Below, one piece after another: positions 60,568-64,000 of a DNA stretch of 64,000 nucleotides. The stretch is taken from positions 128,001 to 192,000 of the forward strand of contig CAVUVW010000019.1 in assembly GCA_963745035.1 (NCBI GenBank), given 5' to 3'. A program made the position numbers and the translations under genes. The notes under the pieces were generated by a model. The model ran no database searches. It was not told the origin of the DNA and saw only the letters and a list, made by a program, of their open reading frames with translations. Origin of the DNA: an uncultured delta proteobacterium. GTDB taxonomy: Bacteria; Desulfobacterota; Binatia; UBA9968. The stretch's first letter is position 1; the number at the start of each line of letters is the position of its first letter.

Positions 60568-61584
60568 ATGGTTCTCAATAGCTTCTGCTCCTATTTGCGC
60601 CAGACGATTTTTTTCGCCATCGTGTGCACGGCTCTTCCGGCATCGGCGCAGCAAGTCAGCGTCGAGGCGGCGAAGAAAGAGGGGAAGGTCGTCGTTTACG
60701 GCACGATCATTCCGCAGGTGATGAAGCTGATCGAGGCGGGTTTCGAGACCCAGTACGGCGTCAACATCGAATACTGGCGCGGCGACGCGACCAAAGTCGT
60801 CGATCGGGTGCTGACCGAATGGCGCGCCGGGAAACCCGGCTTCGACGTGGTCATCGGCGCGCGCGGGCCGCTCGCATTGGCGAAAGCCGATGGCGTGTAC
60901 GCCAAGTTTGCGCCGCCGAGCGCGGCAAACTTTCCCGCGAAGTTCAAAGACAAGGACGGGCAGCTCACGGCTTGGCGCATCACGCCGGTGGGCATTCTCC
61001 TCAACACCGAGCAGGTGAAAGCGAACGACGCGCCGAAGAGCTGGGATGACCTTTTACATCCCAAATGGCACGGCAAAATCAGCATGCCCGATCCTTCCCG
61101 GCACGCGAGCACGGCGGCCTTCTTGTCCAATATCCAGCAAATCAAGGGCGACAAATGGATGGACTTCGTGCGCGCCTTGGCGAAGCAGAAGCCGTTGCTG
61201 GTCGAATCGTATTCTTCGGTGCCCAACGCCATCGTCCGCGGTGAAGCGGCTTTGGGAATCAGCTACGTTCAATATGCCGGGCAAACCAAAGGGCCCATCG
61301 GCTTCGCGCCGGCGGTGCAATCGTTCGCCGACCCGAGCGACGCGGCCTTGAGCGCCAAGGCGGCCAACCCCAACGCCGCCAAATTTCTGATCGATTATCT
61401 CTGTTCGCCCGAGGGACAAAAGAAAGTCGCCGAGATCAACGAGTTCGTGGTCTCTCCGGGGATTTATCCGCCGATCAACGGCGCCGACCGGATTCTCGCC
61501 AATTTGCTCCTGCTCGAAGATCCGAGCGCGGAGCAACTGCAAAAGCTTCAGGCCGAGTTTCGCCAGCTGTTTCTCGTCCGATAG
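60568..61584 (+). CDS. Fe3+/AfuA-type extracellular solute-binding protein
   Basis: AAKKEGKVVVY, EYWRGD, PKSWDDLLHPKW, SPEGQ; GAGGAGG SD. Confidence 0.85.
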   Translation: MVLNSFCSYLRQTIFFAIVCTALPASAQQVSVEAAKKEGKVVVYGTIIPQVMKLIEAGFETQYGVNIEYWRGDATKVVDRVLTEWRAGKPGFDVVIGARGPLALAKADGVYAKFAPPSAANFPAKFKDKDGQLTAWRITPVGILLNTEQVKANDAPKSWDDLLHPKWHGKISMPDPSRHASTAAFLSNIQQIKGDKWMDFVRALAKQKPLLVESYSSVPNAIVRGEAALGISYVQYAGQTKGPIGFAPAVQSFADPSDAALSAKAANPNAAKFLIDYLCSPEGQKKVAEINEFVVSPGIYPPINGADRILANLLLLEDPSAEQLQKLQAEFRQLFLVR

Positions 61585-61601
61585 AAGCGCCGCGCGGTTG
61601 C

Positions 61602-61629
61602 TTGACTTGAAGCGCTCGGATGGTACTTT
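61602..61629 (+). promoter_or_regulatory. putative internal promoter for the second SBP and permease
   Basis: TTGACT-16nt-TACTTT with an extended TG; AAGGAGG SD at 61644. Confidence 0.45.
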
Positions 61630-61655
61630 CGACCTGTCTTTTCAAGGAGGGTGAG

Positions 61656-62672
61656 GTGAAACAAAAACTCCGGATGTTGCTTCCTGTTCTAAGCTTGAGT
61701 TTTGCCCTGAGCGCGCCGGGCGCGGTCGTGGCCCAGTCGGTCAATGTGGATGCCGCGAAGAAAGAGGGCAAGGTCATCGTGTACGGCTCGGTGGTGCCCC
61801 AGGCGATGGAAGATTTTCATAGAGGCTTCGAGTCGAAATACGGCATCAAGGTGGAGTACTGGCGCGGCGATTCGACGAAGGTTTCCGAGCGCGCGCTCAC
61901 GGAGTGGCGCGCCGGCAAGCCGGGCTTCGACGTGGTCGAGGGCAACCGCGGCGTGCAGTTGATCATGAAGCAGGAGGGCTTGTTCACCAAGTTCGTGCCG
62001 CCCGCTTCGGAAAAATTCCCGGCGCAGGTGAAAGAAAAGGACGGCCTGATCACGCCGTGGCGCGTGCTGCCGATCAGCATTCTTTACAACACCGACATGG
62101 TCAAGCCGGCCGAGCTGCCGAAGACGTTCGATGATCTGCTGCAGCCCAAATGGACGGGCAAAATCTCCATGCCCGACCCGACGCGGCACACGACCACGGC
62201 GCAGTTCCTGTGGAACCTCCAGAAGTTCAAAAAAGACAACTGGCTCGATCTAGTGCGCGGTTTGGCGAAGCAGAAGCCGGTGCTGGTGGATTCCTTGGCG
62301 CCGGTCACCACTTCGGTCATCAAGGGGGAGGCGCCCCTCGGCATCACCTACGTCAAGTACGTGAAGCAGTACAAAGGCCCGGTGCATTACGTGCTGATGG
62401 ATCAGTATCTGGCCGATCCAAACTACATGTCCGTCGGCGTCAAGGCGCCTAACGCCAACGCGGCCAAGCTCTACGTCGACTACGCCTGTTCGCCGGAAGG
62501 CCAGAAGCACATCGCCGAGGACGGCGAGTTCGTCTTCGCGCCGGGCGTGCTGCCGCCGATCAAGGACGCGGAAAAAGTCCAGCCTAATATCGTGTTGATG
62601 GACAATCCATCGCGCGAGGAATTCAAGAAGCTCATGTCCGGCACGTTTCGCGAGATCTTTTATGCCAAGTAG
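61656..62672 (+). CDS. Fe3+/AfuA-type solute-binding protein (tandem paralog)
   Basis: GTG start after AAGGAGG; collinear with 60568..61584. Confidence 0.87.
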   Translation: MKQKLRMLLPVLSLSFALSAPGAVVAQSVNVDAAKKEGKVIVYGSVVPQAMEDFHRGFESKYGIKVEYWRGDSTKVSERALTEWRAGKPGFDVVEGNRGVQLIMKQEGLFTKFVPPASEKFPAQVKEKDGLITPWRVLPISILYNTDMVKPAELPKTFDDLLQPKWTGKISMPDPTRHTTTAQFLWNLQKFKKDNWLDLVRGLAKQKPVLVDSLAPVTTSVIKGEAPLGITYVKYVKQYKGPVHYVLMDQYLADPNYMSVGVKAPNANAAKLYVDYACSPEGQKHIAEDGEFVFAPGVLPPIKDAEKVQPNIVLMDNPSREEFKKLMSGTFREIFYAK

Positions 62673-62779
62673 ATTCGCCCGAAGGTAGCTCGTCGCGACG
62701 ATCCGAGGGCCGGCCTTTGCGCCGGCCTTCTTCGTTCTATCCTGAAAAGCATGTTGAGTGAGATAAACACGAGGGCCAG

Positions 62780-64000
62780 ATGATCGAGCGCGCACTGGCC
62801 ATGTTCCGCCGCGACCCGCAGCTCTCCGTGGTGCTGTTCGTCGGCGTCGTGATCGCCTTTCTCAGTCTTTCGCCGACCTTGATGCTCTTCTACGGAAGCT
62901 TCCGTGAGAAACCGCTCGGCGTGGCCAGCGATTTCTCCCTGGCGCACTACATCCACGCCTACACCGATCCGCTGACCTACGAGCTGCTGCTCAATTCGTT
63001 TTTGTTCGCCGCGGGCTCCTCGCTGCTGGCGACCTTTCTGGCGGCGACCCTGGCGTGGATCTCCATTCGCACCAACGCGCCCTTTCGCCGGCTTTTCGAG
63101 CTCACCGCCATCGTGCCGAATATTTTTCCGCCGGTCATGCTGGCGGTTTCGTGGACGGTGTTGCTGAGCCCGCGCACGGGATTGATCAACCGCGCGCTCA
63201 TGGAGATCTTCGGCTTCGCCGAGGCGCCTTTCAATATTTACTCCATCCCCGGCATGGTGTTCGTCGAGGCGTTGATCACCGCGCCGCTGGCGTTCTTGCT
63301 GATTTCCGCGGCGCTCTACTCCATGGACCCTGCGCTCGAAGAGTCGGCGCGGGTCGCCGGCTCGTCGAATCTGCAGATCGCCCGGCGCATCACGTTTCCG
63401 ATCGTCCGGCCGGCACTGCTCGCGTCGATCATGCTGAATTTCGTGCGCGCCATCGAGAGCTTCGACACGCCGGCGATCATCGCGCTGCCGGCGCGCATCG
63501 AGGTGTTCACGACCAAAATTTATCGCGAAGCGATCGGCGCGTTTCCGCCCAATCAGAATCTCGCCGCCGCCTACGCCGTCTCGCTGCTCGCGATCACCAT
63601 GATCTTCGTCTACTTTTATCGTCGCCTGACGGCGCGCTCCGAGCGCTACGTCACGGTCACGGGGCGGGGCTACCGGCCGATGATCATCGATCTGGGCCGA
63701 TGGCGCTACGCCGCCTCGGCGCTGGCCGGCTCGATGCTGGTGCTCATCGTCGTGCTGCCGTTCCTGGTGGTCATCTACGTTTCCTTTGTCACTTACGTGC
63801 ACGTGCCGGGAGCCAAGACCTGGGAGCTTCTCACCCTGGACAACTACCGCGCCAACTTCGGCGACGAGCGAACGTTTCGCGCGCTGAAAAACAGCCTGCT
63901 GCTCGGCGTCGGCGGCGCGACATTGTGCATGCTGATCGCGGCGCTGACGGCGTGGGTGACAACCAAAACCAAGGTGGCGGGGCGCGGCGTGATCGAAGCG
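62780..64000 (+). CDS. iron(III)-type ABC permease (FbpB/AfuB-like), runs off the window
   Basis: Open frame MIERALAMF..., multiple TMs, EAA loop 'MDPALEESARVAGS', 'FDTPAIIALP'; absent from the ORF track because it has no stop. Confidence 0.85.
   Translation, partial: MIERALAMFRRDPQLSVVLFVGVVIAFLSLSPTLMLFYGSFREKPLGVASDFSLAHYIHAYTDPLTYELLLNSFLFAAGSSLLATFLAATLAWISIRTNAPFRRLFELTAIVPNIFPPVMLAVSWTVLLSPRTGLINRALMEIFGFAEAPFNIYSIPGMVFVEALITAPLAFLLISAALYSMDPALEESARVAGSSNLQIARRITFPIVRPALLASIMLNFVRAIESFDTPAIIALPARIEVFTTKIYREAIGAFPPNQNLAAAYAVSLLAITMIFVYFYRRLTARSERYVTVTGRGYRPMIIDLGRWRYAASALAGSMLVLIVVLPFLVVIYVSFVTYVHVPGAKTWELLTLDNYRANFGDERTFRALKNSLLLGVGGATLCMLIAALTAWVTTKTKVAGRGVIEA

Noticed and set aside
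62705-62735. Rho-independent terminator after the second Fe-type SBP
   Set aside because: A GC hairpin is present but the U-tract is poor and the permease follows co-directionally; more likely an mRNA-stabilising stem
62660-63802. 380 aa minus-strand ORF (also 56906..58189, 55926..56831, 50754..51809 and similar)
   Set aside because: Antisense shadow ORFs of high-GC3 genes with no recognisable motifs

Overview
GC-rich bacterial chromosome segment. Its gene content and intergenic palindromes resemble Candidatus Binatia/Binatota-like (former Deltaproteobacteria) genomes; this taxonomic call is inference only. No rRNA, tRNA, CRISPR array, transposase, integrase or transcription-factor gene was recognised. 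Layout: (1) 0.1-10.3 kb: NitT/TauT-type substrate-binding proteins (SBPs), two tandem alpha/beta hydrolases, a cupin, a SAM methyltransferase and a MacAB/FtsX-type exporter. (2) 10.3-24.6 kb: a lower-GC surface-glycan island with GT2s, a CDP-paratose-epimerase-like enzyme, a probable GT4-GT2-FkbM fusion, a GT-C-like membrane protein and wzm/wzt. (3) 24.7-54.5 kb: a catabolic region with a gentisate-type dioxygenase, a heme-oxygenase-like diiron (HDO) protein, a three-subunit Mo-hydroxylase carrying Gln in place of the catalytic Glu, four unrelated decarboxylase-type families, a metal-ligand-free M24 protein and many orphan SBPs. (4) A membrane-anchored TIR protein. (5) 55.9-64 kb: an operon of a degenerate M24 hydrolase, an atypical MLE-type enolase, an opine dehydrogenase, an LLM oxidoreductase and an Fe3+-type ABC importer. 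About 20 single-base frameshifts, almost all +1 insertions, look like long-read errors, so genes were reconstructed across them. Most spacers outside the glycan island carry one of at least 7 families of short palindromic repeats. Best candidates for undescribed systems: the HDO/gentisate-dioxygenase/Gln-type Mo-enzyme module, the opine-like catabolic operon, the orphan SBP library, the TIR-TM-beta-domain protein and the GT4-GT2-MTase polymerase/terminator.
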